IMG/VR virus record: IMGVR_UViG_3300033121_001941
Location: 1 to 64,000 of that record
Source of the DNA: a virus
Lineage: Duplodnaviria; Caudoviricetes
Length of the DNA stretch: 64,000 bases
Strand: one strand, 5' to 3'
The notes below the pieces were generated by a model that made no database searches, had not been told where the DNA came from, and worked only from the letters and a program-made list of their open reading frames with translations. Of this stretch, positions 1-9,416 are shown piece by piece (positions within the stretch are counted from its first letter, which is position 1; the number at the start of each line of letters is the position of its first letter). The translations under genes and the position numbers were made by a program.

Positions 1-1
1 G

Positions 2-184
2 GTTGTGTATGCTCTTACGCGAGCTGAAGCAACACGACTTGTGATAGAACTTGTTAATCAACTTGGTGACCCTACGTTAACAAATCAAAGTCAGGGTTCA
101 TCTTCATATATTGTTCATGATGAAAAGCACTTGCCAGTTGCAAGATTTTCGTTCCTTGTCGAAGAAAATGAAAAAAATGACTGA
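2..184 (+). CDS. partial hypothetical protein (5' end outside window)
   Basis: Open frame from base 2 to TGA 182-184, overlapping next ATG at 177. Confidence 0.55.
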   Translation, partial: VVYALTRAEATRLVIELVNQLGDPTLTNQSQGSSSYIVHDEKHLPVARFSFLVEENEKND

Positions 185-401
185 TTTTGAAAAATTTGAA
201 CTGTGGCGAGATGCTTTTCTCGTATCATTAAAAGCAATGTTAGAACGAGGAATGAGTTTAAAAGGTCCAAACGAACTTGTGTATTATCCCGCGAAGGAAG
301 CGGGGTTATTAGCCGATCATGCATTAAAAATTGCTGAAGAAAAGCATTCAAAAATTTTCACGTCACCAAACAAAGATATTTCGCTAAGTCATGAACTATA
401 A
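177..401 (+). CDS. hypothetical protein
   Basis: ORF track 111..401; ATG 177 (MTDFEKF) is the likelier start. Confidence 0.65.
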   Translation: MTDFEKFELWRDAFLVSLKAMLERGMSLKGPNELVYYPAKEAGLLADHALKIAEEKHSKIFTSPNKDISLSHEL

Positions 402-816
402 TGAATATAAAAAATTATCTGATGAAGATAGATTTAAAGCGACTGAATTTTTCATTGAAGCTACAGGCGAAGAAACGTTGGGAATTTGGAAACAGTACGT
501 TGATAGGCCATATGAAAATTGTCGATCGTTGAACTGGGATCAATTTGATGGTACAATGCATGTAATTTCGCATGTTACTATTCAATATGATGACAAACCT
601 GGTATTGTTGAACGTATACCAATTTGCGTATCAATTATGTGGAATCTAGTTGACGGTCATTTGATGGCTTTTTATGAAGCATGTTCACGAGTCGTTGATC
701 ATAATGTTGTAAAAAAGTTTATTGACGAGAAAAGCAATTCAAACGTACGTATTCGAACAAATTCAACAAATTTTCATCTTGCATTGCATCATTGCAAAAT
801 TAACTTAATCAAATAA
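391..816 (+). CDS. hypothetical phage protein
   Basis: 141 aa ORF in tightly packed + operon. Confidence 0.75.
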   Translation: MNYNEYKKLSDEDRFKATEFFIEATGEETLGIWKQYVDRPYENCRSLNWDQFDGTMHVISHVTIQYDDKPGIVERIPICVSIMWNLVDGHLMAFYEACSRVVDHNVVKKFIDEKSNSNVRIRTNSTNFHLALHHCKINLIK

Positions 817-823
817 GAATAAA

Positions 824-1069
824 ATGAAATTTAAAGTTACTTTAAAAGATCCCGACTGTCTATTGGACGCAATTGATGAGGCAGTTGATGAAAACATGAA
901 TCAAACTATTAAGAATACATTGACACCACACGAATATAAAATGGTAAAAGAATCACGTGTTGAAGAGATTAACAAAATTTGCAAACAATGGTTTGAATAT
1001 GGTGAATATCTTGAAGTTGAAATTGACACTGAGGCAAAAACCTGCACGGTTTTGAACATTAAATGTTAA
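824..1069 (+). CDS. hypothetical protein
   Basis: 81 aa ORF, operon packing. Confidence 0.7.
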   Translation: MKFKVTLKDPDCLLDAIDEAVDENMNQTIKNTLTPHEYKMVKESRVEEINKICKQWFEYGEYLEVEIDTEAKTCTVLNIKC

Positions 1070-1332
1070 ATGTCATCTTTAAATATGAACTTGCACATGG
1101 CATCAATAGAATTGAAATGCCATCGTCTGCACGAGTCATTAGTGTCGCAGCCCAAATGAATTCACCGGTTTTATGGGCATGTCTTGACAACAAACGCATT
1201 CTTACTTCAACAAGAATGTTTCGCGTTGTCATGACTGGTGAAACATTCGATCGTGGTGAACAAGAAAAATATATTGGAACGTTAACATGTCATAATGGTA
1301 TTGTTATGCATGTTTTTGAAATTGAAAGTTGA
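1063..1332 (+). CDS. conserved small phage protein
   Basis: IFKY..L / SVAAQ...PVLWA / TGE...YIGT...VMHVFE pattern common in phage proteins. Confidence 0.7.
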   Translation: MLNVIFKYELAHGINRIEMPSSARVISVAAQMNSPVLWACLDNKRILTSTRMFRVVMTGETFDRGEQEKYIGTLTCHNGIVMHVFEIES

Positions 1333-1643
1333 ACAAAATGTCATTTGAATTTGAAGAAGAAGAACTTATCGTAAATAAACGTCTTAAGCGACTGATCGTC
1401 GTGCAAAAAGAATATATTCTCGAAAGGAATGCAGGCCAACGCGAAGTTCGTGAGGAAGATTTCAAAAAACTGGGTTATGTAAAGCAATCTGATTTTGATT
1501 CACTCAAAAAACAATACGAATATGAAAAAAAACGGGCTGATATTATTGAAAAATATTATAATGTAATGAAATCTCTAATAAGAGATAGTGGTGCCCCTGA
1601 AGAACCTATTGTTATGGAAATAGATATTGTACATTTGAATTAA
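1329..1643 (+). CDS. hypothetical protein
   Basis: 104 aa ORF overlapping upstream stop. Confidence 0.65.
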   Translation: MNKMSFEFEEEELIVNKRLKRLIVVQKEYILERNAGQREVREEDFKKLGYVKQSDFDSLKKQYEYEKKRADIIEKYYNVMKSLIRDSGAPEEPIVMEIDIVHLN

Positions 1644-1672
1644 ATTCAATTCTTAAGAAATAAAAGAACAAA

Positions 1673-2050
1673 ATGGGACTTGACATGTATATGTTTGGCG
1701 TCGAAAATCAGGAAACTTATAACAGATATAAGCTGACCACGGTGACAAGGAGTGAATCTTTCTACGATAAAGAAATTTGTTATTGGCGGAAACATCCCGA
1801 TCTTCATGGTTATATTATTCAAACCTTTGCAAAAGGTGTCGATGAATGTCAATGGATTCCTTTGACATCGGATGACATCGAGAATATTATTTCAGCTGTT
1901 GAAGGTGGAAACCTCCCCAAAACAACCGGATTTTTCTTCGGGCAGTCTCAGACCCCGAATGATCAGAATACAATTGAACAACTCGAAAATGTCCTCAAGT
2001 TTTTAAGAGAAAACAAAGAGGGAATTGTTTGGTACAAGGCGTCATGGTGA
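1673..2050 (+). CDS. conserved phage protein
   Basis: MGLDMY...YWRKHPDLHGY...GFFFG...Y.ASW pattern typical of a widespread phage family. Confidence 0.8.
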   Translation: MGLDMYMFGVENQETYNRYKLTTVTRSESFYDKEICYWRKHPDLHGYIIQTFAKGVDECQWIPLTSDDIENIISAVEGGNLPKTTGFFFGQSQTPNDQNTIEQLENVLKFLRENKEGIVWYKASW

Positions 2051-2199
2051 GTTCTGCACAAAAATATTTTGCAAGTTCATGTCTATCATTTATCGTTGCT
2101 GGTGGGTTTGCTGAAAAGAATTTTTTCTTTTTTGCGGGAGCGTTTCTTATTATTGCAGCATTGTTAAGTGTTGCTGCATTTTTTGAGGCAAATTCATGA
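2047..2199 (+). CDS. small membrane protein (not in ORF track)
   Basis: GTG start overlapping upstream stop; 50 aa with two hydrophobic stretches; fills the gap exactly. Confidence 0.55.
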   Translation: MSSAQKYFASSCLSFIVAGGFAEKNFFFFAGAFLIIAALLSVAAFFEANS

Positions 2200-2435
2200 A
2201 AGAAGAAATTTGGGAAGATCGTTATAAATTTCCCATACTTAAAGTTATCGATATTCTTGTCGGTGAAATATCTGGTAGTACTTGTTGTGGCACATCAAAG
2301 GAGGATTTACTTTACTACAAAAATTGTCTTCAACGAAGAGTTAACGAATGGAAACATTCACGTTTGCATAAGTTTGCCGAATATGAATCAACGGTGTTAA
2401 GTTTGGCAAAACAAACATTGAAATTTTATGAATGA
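2196..2435 (+). CDS. hypothetical protein
   Basis: 79 aa ORF, ATGA coupling. Confidence 0.65.
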   Translation: MKEEIWEDRYKFPILKVIDILVGEISGSTCCGTSKEDLLYYKNCLQRRVNEWKHSRLHKFAEYESTVLSLAKQTLKFYE

Positions 2436-2715
2436 AAAAGATTCGTATCCCGAAGATACACTTGATCAAATAATGTTATTGTTTGATACGTTGTTCAGGG
2501 CTGGGAAATTTTTCGAAGCGAATCAATTGTTATCTGAAATACGCTTGGATGACAATGATATTCAACCCGTAATTATGGTTGGAATTTTGTCAGCCGTTTC
2601 TTGCGCAAAAGAACATTTGCCGTTTTATGAAACATTTCTTGATTGTTCAAGAATAGAATTACTTAAACGACTAAACGATCCTATGCGCGTAAATTCTCTA
2701 TTGAAAGGATTTTAA
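2428..2715 (+). CDS. hypothetical protein
   Basis: 95 aa ORF. Confidence 0.65.
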   Translation: MNEKDSYPEDTLDQIMLLFDTLFRAGKFFEANQLLSEIRLDDNDIQPVIMVGILSAVSCAKEHLPFYETFLDCSRIELLKRLNDPMRVNSLLKGF

Positions 2716-2922
2716 ATGGATAAGTGCCCTAAATGTTTTTCTTATATGATTAAACGTAAGCGTAAAAAAGATGGACATCCATTTCTTGGTTGCTCTCGAT
2801 ATCCTGAATGTACCGCCACTCTTAGAGATTATGACGGTGAAAATGAATGTTGGGCAGAAATTGGTGAAAACAATCCAAGATTTTATGGTCTAGAAGATAT
2901 GGATACGCATAACGATTTCTGA
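2716..2922 (+). CDS. topoisomerase I-type C4 zinc-ribbon protein
   Basis: CPKC...M.KR...G.FLGCSRYPEC motif. Confidence 0.8.
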   Translation: MDKCPKCFSYMIKRKRKKDGHPFLGCSRYPECTATLRDYDGENECWAEIGENNPRFYGLEDMDTHNDF

Positions 2923-3047
2923 TCTAAAAGTTTGTAAATAATAACAATACTTTAAAATTAGTTTTATTTGAAGGCCCATCTATTATGCGTAGAGGGCCTT
3001 TTTGATGTGCGTGAGTTGATTTATACAACGTAAATTCGTCCATATAT

Positions 3048-4064
3048 ATGAGGATGGACGAAAACATTGTAATTGTTGAAAAATTAAAAGCTGAATACAA
3101 GAGCAATTTGATAAATTTACTCAATAAATTTTGGGATCTTTTTCCAGAAGATGTTTCAGATGAAATTGTTATTGAAAATTTAATTATGAGATACAAGGTT
3201 TTAATTGGGTGGGTTCCTTATTTCATAAAAGACAATGAAAATTTATTTTCAAAAACACTTTTCATTAAAAATCTTCAACAGAAAATTGATCAAAATGTCG
3301 AAAGATATAAAAACGATTTAACATCAACTAAATTCAAGAACAACAGTGATAACATTAAAAGTTTAATAGACATGTTTCGGCAACATGTCAGTATTCACAT
3401 AAAGCATATGAAAAATATCATTCAAAATATGAAAAATATTTTGAACAATTCTTCAAAAGATGCAAGCAAAGATGATGCAACGTTAGGTATATACGCTTGG
3501 CCCAAACAAAGATTAAAAAAGCACGTTCCATATGAGAAAAATACGAAAGAAGAAGAACTTCTTTATAAACAATTATATTCCCATTTTCAAAACAACGTCA
3601 TGGATGGTGTTTCAGGATTAGATGAAAAAGGCGTTGAAATTCTTAAAAAAATGCTCGCCAATAATGAATATCCTGACATAATTCGTGAACCAAACGCAAA
3701 AATGATAATGCGAGGAATGTCAGTTTCAGATCAGGAATTAAGAAATTTGCGGGCCGCCGCAGGAAATGATGATTTTCAAGGAAAAAAAGTAAAACTTAAA
3801 TACTCGGGAATTTATATACCCAAAAAGAGCGTATCATCATGGACGACAAACAAAAATAAAGCAATTGATTTTGCTACGAACAATATTCGTTCAGGGGCAA
3901 TATGGAGTATTATTTTATACGCACAAGTTTCTGATAATCCAGGAAAACTTCTTCAGTGTGATAATACACTTTATCAATTTTCATTTGCCGAGTCTGTAAA
4001 TGATGAACATGAAGTTATTGCAATGGGAAATATAACAACAAGCGCAATTGAGATATTAAAATGA
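3048..4064 (+). CDS. ADP-ribosyltransferase (R-S-E clade), paralog 1
   Basis: IMRGM / VSSWT / EHEV catalytic motifs; shares G.YAWP..R block with three paralogs. Confidence 0.7.
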   Translation: MRMDENIVIVEKLKAEYKSNLINLLNKFWDLFPEDVSDEIVIENLIMRYKVLIGWVPYFIKDNENLFSKTLFIKNLQQKIDQNVERYKNDLTSTKFKNNSDNIKSLIDMFRQHVSIHIKHMKNIIQNMKNILNNSSKDASKDDATLGIYAWPKQRLKKHVPYEKNTKEEELLYKQLYSHFQNNVMDGVSGLDEKGVEILKKMLANNEYPDIIREPNAKMIMRGMSVSDQELRNLRAAAGNDDFQGKKVKLKYSGIYIPKKSVSSWTTNKNKAIDFATNNIRSGAIWSIILYAQVSDNPGKLLQCDNTLYQFSFAESVNDEHEVIAMGNITTSAIEILK

Positions 4065-4167
4065 AAAAAATGAAAAAACACCTTTTGTTATTAACAATTA
4101 TGATAAACTCACGTCAATTATTGATAAATATGCTGATAAATTATATGATAATTATGACGATGACGTA

Positions 4168-5037
4168 GTGACGTCGGCTATTAACTGTCTAAGAAGTGAT
4201 GATAACTCTAACAGAATTTTCAGAGCAACAGAACGTGAATGGGCATTCGGTCTAACGTTAACTTCCAACGAGGGAAAAGAATCATTCAAAAAAACTGCTA
4301 AAATCTTTTTTCTTGAAAAACTTCAAGACGATTACGGTTTAAACAAATTTAAAACGTTTGCACAATTTGCTACCGTAATCACACCTCTAGATTTTCTTTT
4401 AAAGTGCGCAAAACGCATTAAAATGTCGAAAACTAAAAATGTTGAAAATTCAAAAAGTGTATTTGGTAAATATGCATGGGCGAATGATCGTATATTATCA
4501 TCATTAACACCCGCTGAAAAAGATACACCAGTTGAAGCGGCTGCTTATGAACAACTAAGTTCATACATAGATGGCAATACAAAAGCAGTATCACCAACAG
4601 TTGTTTCAACATTAAAGTCCATTATAAAAAAGGGAAAATATTCAGATATCATAAAAGAACCAACGAAAAAAGTTATCATGAGAGGAATGCATCTAGATTA
4701 CAAACAATTACAAACACTCCTTGGAGATAAAGAATACAACAAATTAAAGTTTGTCCCAGGTTTCAAAAAAAAGATTCTTAAGTCGTTTACTTTTAAACCA
4801 TTGTTTAATGTTTCATCTTGGACGACTGATAAATTTATTGCCAAAGATTTTTCAATTGATCCGGATTTTAATTTTAGCATTATTTTATATGCACAAGTTT
4901 CTGATAATCCTGGGAAGCTTCTTCAGTGCGATGACGGTCTTTACAACATTCAAGATTTTTCAACAAACAAACGAGAACATGAAGTTATTGCGCTAGGAAG
5001 TGTAAAAGTAAGTTCAATTATGATTGAGCTAGTGTAA
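4168..5037 (+). CDS. ADP-ribosyltransferase (R-S-E clade), paralog 2
   Basis: IMRGM / VSSWT / EHEV; frame is actually open from 4060, so start uncertain. Confidence 0.7.
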   Translation: MTSAINCLRSDDNSNRIFRATEREWAFGLTLTSNEGKESFKKTAKIFFLEKLQDDYGLNKFKTFAQFATVITPLDFLLKCAKRIKMSKTKNVENSKSVFGKYAWANDRILSSLTPAEKDTPVEAAAYEQLSSYIDGNTKAVSPTVVSTLKSIIKKGKYSDIIKEPTKKVIMRGMHLDYKQLQTLLGDKEYNKLKFVPGFKKKILKSFTFKPLFNVSSWTTDKFIAKDFSIDPDFNFSIILYAQVSDNPGKLLQCDDGLYNIQDFSTNKREHEVIALGSVKVSSIMIELV

Positions 5038-5067
5038 GTTTAAATTAACATAAATTATTATTGTATA

Positions 5068-5340
5068 ATGAAAACACCTTACAGGGTAATTGCCGAGCGT
5101 GATTCATATGAAGATAATATGACATCATTTCAAAAATTTAAATCACTAATACACACAAATTCTTATACGAAATCTATTACGACAATAGGAATTATTGTGT
5201 TTCCTATGATGTCAATATCAATGATCGGTAGAATATTTTTATTGTGTTTTCCACCAACTGAAGGCGAAGATAGACATCTTATTACAGATCAATTTAATAT
5301 TTGGGTTATATCATTTTTATTGGTCTGTCTATTGTGTTAA
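5068..5340 (+). CDS. membrane protein
   Basis: 90 aa, two hydrophobic segments; TGTATAAT upstream. Confidence 0.6.
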   Translation: MKTPYRVIAERDSYEDNMTSFQKFKSLIHTNSYTKSITTIGIIVFPMMSISMIGRIFLLCFPPTEGEDRHLITDQFNIWVISFLLVCLLC

Positions 5341-5425
5341 TGACATTTGTTGTGTGTACTTTTTTCGCAAATTGGAAAAATATTACAAACTTTATTGTCA
5401 ACGTATTTTTCCCAAAAAATAACAC

Positions 5426-6295
5426 TTGAAAATGAAATTATTTATTCCTTCGTGTGGCGATCGTATTGTTTTGTCAAGCGCTTGGACGTTTGATTTGTAT
5501 TTTAATGAATCACGAAATCGTAATTTCTCAAAAGAAAATGGTGTGTTAATTACATTTAGTGACGTTTGGGTGCCCGATTGGCAAAGAAAATTAAAAGAGA
5601 GCACAAAATTTACGCTTAAAGAAAATACTATTCTTGAATGTGATCGTGTTTATATACGAACTAGTGCAAAGATTTCAACGTCAAAGGACGATAATTATGA
5701 TTCAATTACGTGGCGAGTTATAGGATCAAAAACAAAACAACGTTTTTGGGCAAAATTGTCAGACTGCAACAATATTGAATATCACACAGACAGCGTTGTT
5801 CCTTTTGAAAATAGAAAAATTGAAAAAAAGAGCAAAGTTTTAACTGCAGAAATAATTCGTGAGAAAATTCACAATTCTATGTTTTCATCTAATTTTGATG
5901 ATGAGGAACAACTTGAATTTAGAACGTTAATTTCAGATGCACAAGACGAAGTATCTAAATACTTTGAAACTTTTCACAAAAGATATGCGTTTGCGTTTGA
6001 ACGAAACCTTAAATATGATGCTTGTTTTAATACTAAACATCCAAATGCCGTAGACGAAACGTATTTTTTTCAACTTTTGAGATCATATATTTCAGACGCT
6101 TCATGTTCTTTTTCTAAAACAAAAGAACGTAAATGTAAAAGAGTTTTCCATTACGGAAAATATATCGCAGAATGTATTTATTTTTTGCCTACAATCGAAT
6201 ATGCCTTAAAAGACATACGAATAATTGTGTTTTCAGATGAAAATGATCAGAAAATCACATCTGTTAAAATTGAATGTCCGAAAGAAGAAACCTGA
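5426..6295 (+). CDS. hypothetical protein
   Basis: 289 aa ORF. Confidence 0.75.
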   Translation: MKMKLFIPSCGDRIVLSSAWTFDLYFNESRNRNFSKENGVLITFSDVWVPDWQRKLKESTKFTLKENTILECDRVYIRTSAKISTSKDDNYDSITWRVIGSKTKQRFWAKLSDCNNIEYHTDSVVPFENRKIEKKSKVLTAEIIREKIHNSMFSSNFDDEEQLEFRTLISDAQDEVSKYFETFHKRYAFAFERNLKYDACFNTKHPNAVDETYFFQLLRSYISDASCSFSKTKERKCKRVFHYGKYIAECIYFLPTIEYALKDIRIIVFSDENDQKITSVKIECPKEET

Positions 6296-6528
6296 TGAAA
6301 ACATTTAAAACTAAACTCGAATTGTTCAAATTTTACGTATTTGACTGGGCACCGATTATTTTGTTTTTAGGTTTGTTATTTGTAGCGTTATTTGGAATTT
6401 CTTATAGTGTTATTGATTCAACGAAAGTTTATGATTGCAAACATTATGAAAATTCTGAAATGAGAAACGTTCCGGCAAAATGTTTTTCAAATTTTATTTC
6501 AGACGCTGGACTTGTTTATCATGAATGA
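6295..6528 (+). CDS. single-pass membrane protein
   Basis: ORF 6274..6528; ATG 6295 overlaps upstream stop; one TM segment. Confidence 0.6.
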   Translation: MKTFKTKLELFKFYVFDWAPIILFLGLLFVALFGISYSVIDSTKVYDCKHYENSEMRNVPAKCFSNFISDAGLVYHE

Positions 6529-7228
6529 AAATGATTTGCATGATATGCTTCATGAATTTGTTGCATGCAAAGATAGTTCAGGTGAGTATTTACCACTTAA
6601 ACAGGTTGTTAATGCGCTCTTACAAAGATACAAAAATATATTGAGCGAAAACATTGAAACAAAGAAAAAATTGTATTCATTTTGTATTGCTCATCCTCAA
6701 CCGCATAATAAAAATGTGATTTATGAATCAACATGTGAACTCGTAGATCATCTTTGTGATTTGTATACGCAAAAAACGCGTGAGTCAGAAGACAATTTAA
6801 GGAAAAAAGAATCTTATCGAGGTGCACTTTATACATCAATTGATGAAGAATTTGATATTCGCAAGGAATTAGTTAGATCTTTTGAATCCGGCACGTGTAT
6901 CAATTTAACAAATAAACAAATTGCGGTTAAGTTAACACAACAAGTGTTAGATCTTCAGCAACAAATTTTAGTAAAGCAAAGTGAATACGCGCGAATTCAA
7001 GAAAATAATGATTTAAATCAAGCCATTAAACAGTATTGCTTACCCGAAGAAACACCTAAGGCTACAGTGCATCGTTTAGCAGGTGATTTGTATGAATGTC
7101 GCGAGCAGATTTTTAAGCTTCAAAATGCTTATGATGTTTTGCATTCTGAACACAATAAATGTACTGATGAACAAAAAAAGAAATTTGACAAAGAATTTTT
7201 TAACGTAGCAAAGGAAGAAAATAAGTGA
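6512..7228 (+). CDS. hypothetical coiled-coil protein
   Basis: 238 aa, heptad-like Q/E/L-rich C-terminal half. Confidence 0.7.
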   Translation: MFIMNENDLHDMLHEFVACKDSSGEYLPLKQVVNALLQRYKNILSENIETKKKLYSFCIAHPQPHNKNVIYESTCELVDHLCDLYTQKTRESEDNLRKKESYRGALYTSIDEEFDIRKELVRSFESGTCINLTNKQIAVKLTQQVLDLQQQILVKQSEYARIQENNDLNQAIKQYCLPEETPKATVHRLAGDLYECREQIFKLQNAYDVLHSEHNKCTDEQKKKFDKEFFNVAKEENK

Positions 7229-7521
7229 AAGACGCATTTGACAGAGAATTAAAAATTGGTGATATTATTGTATATGCAACTCGTCTAGGATCATCACAAA
7301 ATTTAAATGTTGCAACAGTTGAACGTATTTCTGTTGGGAAATATAAACAGGAATACATTAATGCTAAATGTTTTAATGGCACAGGTTGTGATTTCAAATA
7401 CGGAAAATGGAATGATAAATTGAAAGAACATGTGAAAATTTCAAATAAAAATGTAGTTCTTCGAACACCAAAAAACATCATGATCATTAACGGTGCTGAT
7501 GTAAATGAATTACGTAAATAA
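7225..7521 (+). CDS. small SH3-like phage protein
   Basis: MKDAFDRELKIGDIIVYA start typical of small beta-barrel phage proteins. Confidence 0.65.
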   Translation: MKDAFDRELKIGDIIVYATRLGSSQNLNVATVERISVGKYKQEYINAKCFNGTGCDFKYGKWNDKLKEHVKISNKNVVLRTPKNIMIINGADVNELRK

Positions 7522-7558
7522 CGTGTGTATTTTACGTATAAAAAGATTAGTTTAACTT

Positions 7559-7975
7559 ATGGCTTTCACAAAAAAATCAAAAAAAATCGAAGAAACTGCA
7601 AATGTTCAACCGAGTCATCCTAGTTCAGGCGCTTCATTAGAGAAACGTCCTGTAACTTTAAATGAAGCAGCAAAATTGCTTGGGCTTCAATTGAATGGTG
7701 CCAATGTTGTTGGTGGGCATGGATTTGGAGATGGGGCCGACAGGAATACAGAATGGAGGCTCTATGTATTTACGAATGATGAATCATTGGTTATACCAAA
7801 AAAATTTGAAGGTTTTCGTGTGTCAAAGCGTGGACTTCCTGTAGCATCGCCCGCGTGGGGGAAACTTGCGGTGAAAATGGAAAAAGCTTCTCGTGAAAAA
7901 GAAGCTCAAACGATTAAAGACGACGATTCAGTTGTTGAAACTAACGATAGTGTAGACACAAAAGATGTCATCTGA
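7559..7975 (+). CDS. hypothetical protein
   Basis: 138 aa ORF. Confidence 0.7.
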   Translation: MAFTKKSKKIEETANVQPSHPSSGASLEKRPVTLNEAAKLLGLQLNGANVVGGHGFGDGADRNTEWRLYVFTNDESLVIPKKFEGFRVSKRGLPVASPAWGKLAVKMEKASREKEAQTIKDDDSVVETNDSVDTKDVI

Positions 7976-8090
7976 TAAATATACAAAGACGATTTCATTT
8001 TGTATGAAGTAAACGTAAGACGAAACATTAACAGCAAAGGTAATAAACGTGGCCCTGTCGGCGAACTCATAATCGTGTAAAGAAAAACAA

Positions 8091-8318
8091 ATGAATGACG
8101 ATGAAAAAAAACTTTTTGATGATTGCATGAAAATGCTTGCAAAATTAACAAATGAGAAAAATATTTATGCGTTTTCTATTGCGATTAGAGGCGATGGCGA
8201 TTTAGATTTTTCTATTCATCCAATTCGAGGTCGAAGAATTATTCAAGGATATGGAAATGTTGACGGGAATTCAGGCTTGATTGCAAGCACACTATTAACG
8301 ACATTGATCACGAATTAA
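8091..8318 (+). CDS. hypothetical protein
   Basis: 75 aa ORF. Confidence 0.6.
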   Translation: MNDDEKKLFDDCMKMLAKLTNEKNIYAFSIAIRGDGDLDFSIHPIRGRRIIQGYGNVDGNSGLIASTLLTTLITN

Positions 8319-8353
8319 TGCAACAATATATGAAACCATGATATAATATATCT

Positions 8354-8755
8354 ATGGCCCGTGGTGACAAGGATATGTTGTTGTTAGCGGCTGGTGTTGC
8401 GATCAGCAAGGACGATAGGAGAACTTTTCGTCTGGGCGCTATTGGAATGCGTTCTGACGGCGTTCTTGTTTCAGCGTTGAACGGTCCAACGAAAATTCCT
8501 TGTCCTGATGCCCATGCAGAAGCAAGATTGAGTTTGAAACTTACGTTTGGTGCGACTGTTTGGGTCGCGCGGGTGATCGCTGATGGAAAACTTGCTCTCG
8601 CCAGACCTTGTAAAACCTGTATGTGTCGACTGCGATCAAAGCGCGTAAGTCGAATTGTTTACACGATTTCAGACGATGAATATGGTGTTATTGATATTGG
8701 TTCTGCTGGGAATTGTTTTGATGATCGTATTAAGCGTGGTTTTAACAAAAACTAA
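8354..8755 (+). CDS. zinc-dependent nucleotide/nucleic-acid deaminase (CDA/TadA fold)
   Basis: HAE and PCxxC (RPCKTC) Zn motifs; LGA..G-N strand. Confidence 0.8.
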   Translation: MARGDKDMLLLAAGVAISKDDRRTFRLGAIGMRSDGVLVSALNGPTKIPCPDAHAEARLSLKLTFGATVWVARVIADGKLALARPCKTCMCRLRSKRVSRIVYTISDDEYGVIDIGSAGNCFDDRIKRGFNKN

Positions 8756-9069
8756 CGCCGTGAAGAAAACGGACCGTAATCTCTAACGAATGGATCACTT
8801 GTAACGTAAGGATCATTATCTCCAGGAGGAACGGGTCCCCAAGATTCTTCTGGGCTTATTATGGGCTCCCTTAAATGTAAAGGGAGCCCATCGTCGTCTT
8901 CGACGGTATCGATATCGTCAGTTGCGAGTGAACCTAGTTGTTCCCTGTCGTTAATATCTGGCGAAAGTGGATTTCCAAGATACGAAAACATCGTTTTTGT
9001 TGTTTTTCCGCCGAGACCTTCTCGTATAATACGTCTTAATTCACGCAATGTTATTTTCATAATGGCCAC
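8752..9069 (-). CDS. acidic small protein with MKIT..EL..II.E leader (candidate internal head protein)
   Basis: N-terminus MKITLRELRRIIRE shared with several ORFs here. Confidence 0.7.
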   Translation of the reverse strand: MAIMKITLRELRRIIREGLGGKTTKTMFSYLGNPLSPDINDREQLGSLATDDIDTVEDDDGLPLHLREPIISPEESWGPVPPGDNDPYVTSDPFVRDYGPFSSRR

Positions 9070-9341
9070 TTTATTCCAAGAATTCTCTCAAATTCTTGTG
9101 CAGATGCATTTTTAAGTTTAAGTTTATCCATTACTGAAGACACAGTGGCCCCTGGATGTTGAAGTTCGTTTTGAAATCTTCGTGATGCTACCATCGCATT
9201 ATACACTGCGTTTACTTCTTCTTCTGTTCCTCGAATTTTCGTATTCGTTACTTTTCCTATTACCCAAGCTGCACATGCGCCAAGAAATAATTTTCCAAGA
9301 AGATTAACGTGTAATTCTGACAATACTTTTTTATCACTCAT
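9057..9341 (-). CDS. hypothetical protein
   Basis: 94 aa; ATACTTA motif upstream on - strand (9364-9370). Confidence 0.7.
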   Translation of the reverse strand: MSDKKVLSELHVNLLGKLFLGACAAWVIGKVTNTKIRGTEEEVNAVYNAMVASRRFQNELQHPGATVSSVMDKLKLKNASAQEFERILGIKWPL

Positions 9342-9404
9342 GTATTTAACCTATACCTTTCTTTAAGTATTAAACACTAAGAAAAATAGTTTTTACGTAT
9401 TCAT

Positions 9405-9411
9405 ATACTTA
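9405..9411 (+). promoter_or_regulatory. candidate late promoter ATA(C/T/A)TTA
   Basis: ATACTTA 6 nt before GH5 ATG; same motif precedes about ten other genes. Confidence 0.45.
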
Positions 9412-9416
9412 TATGT

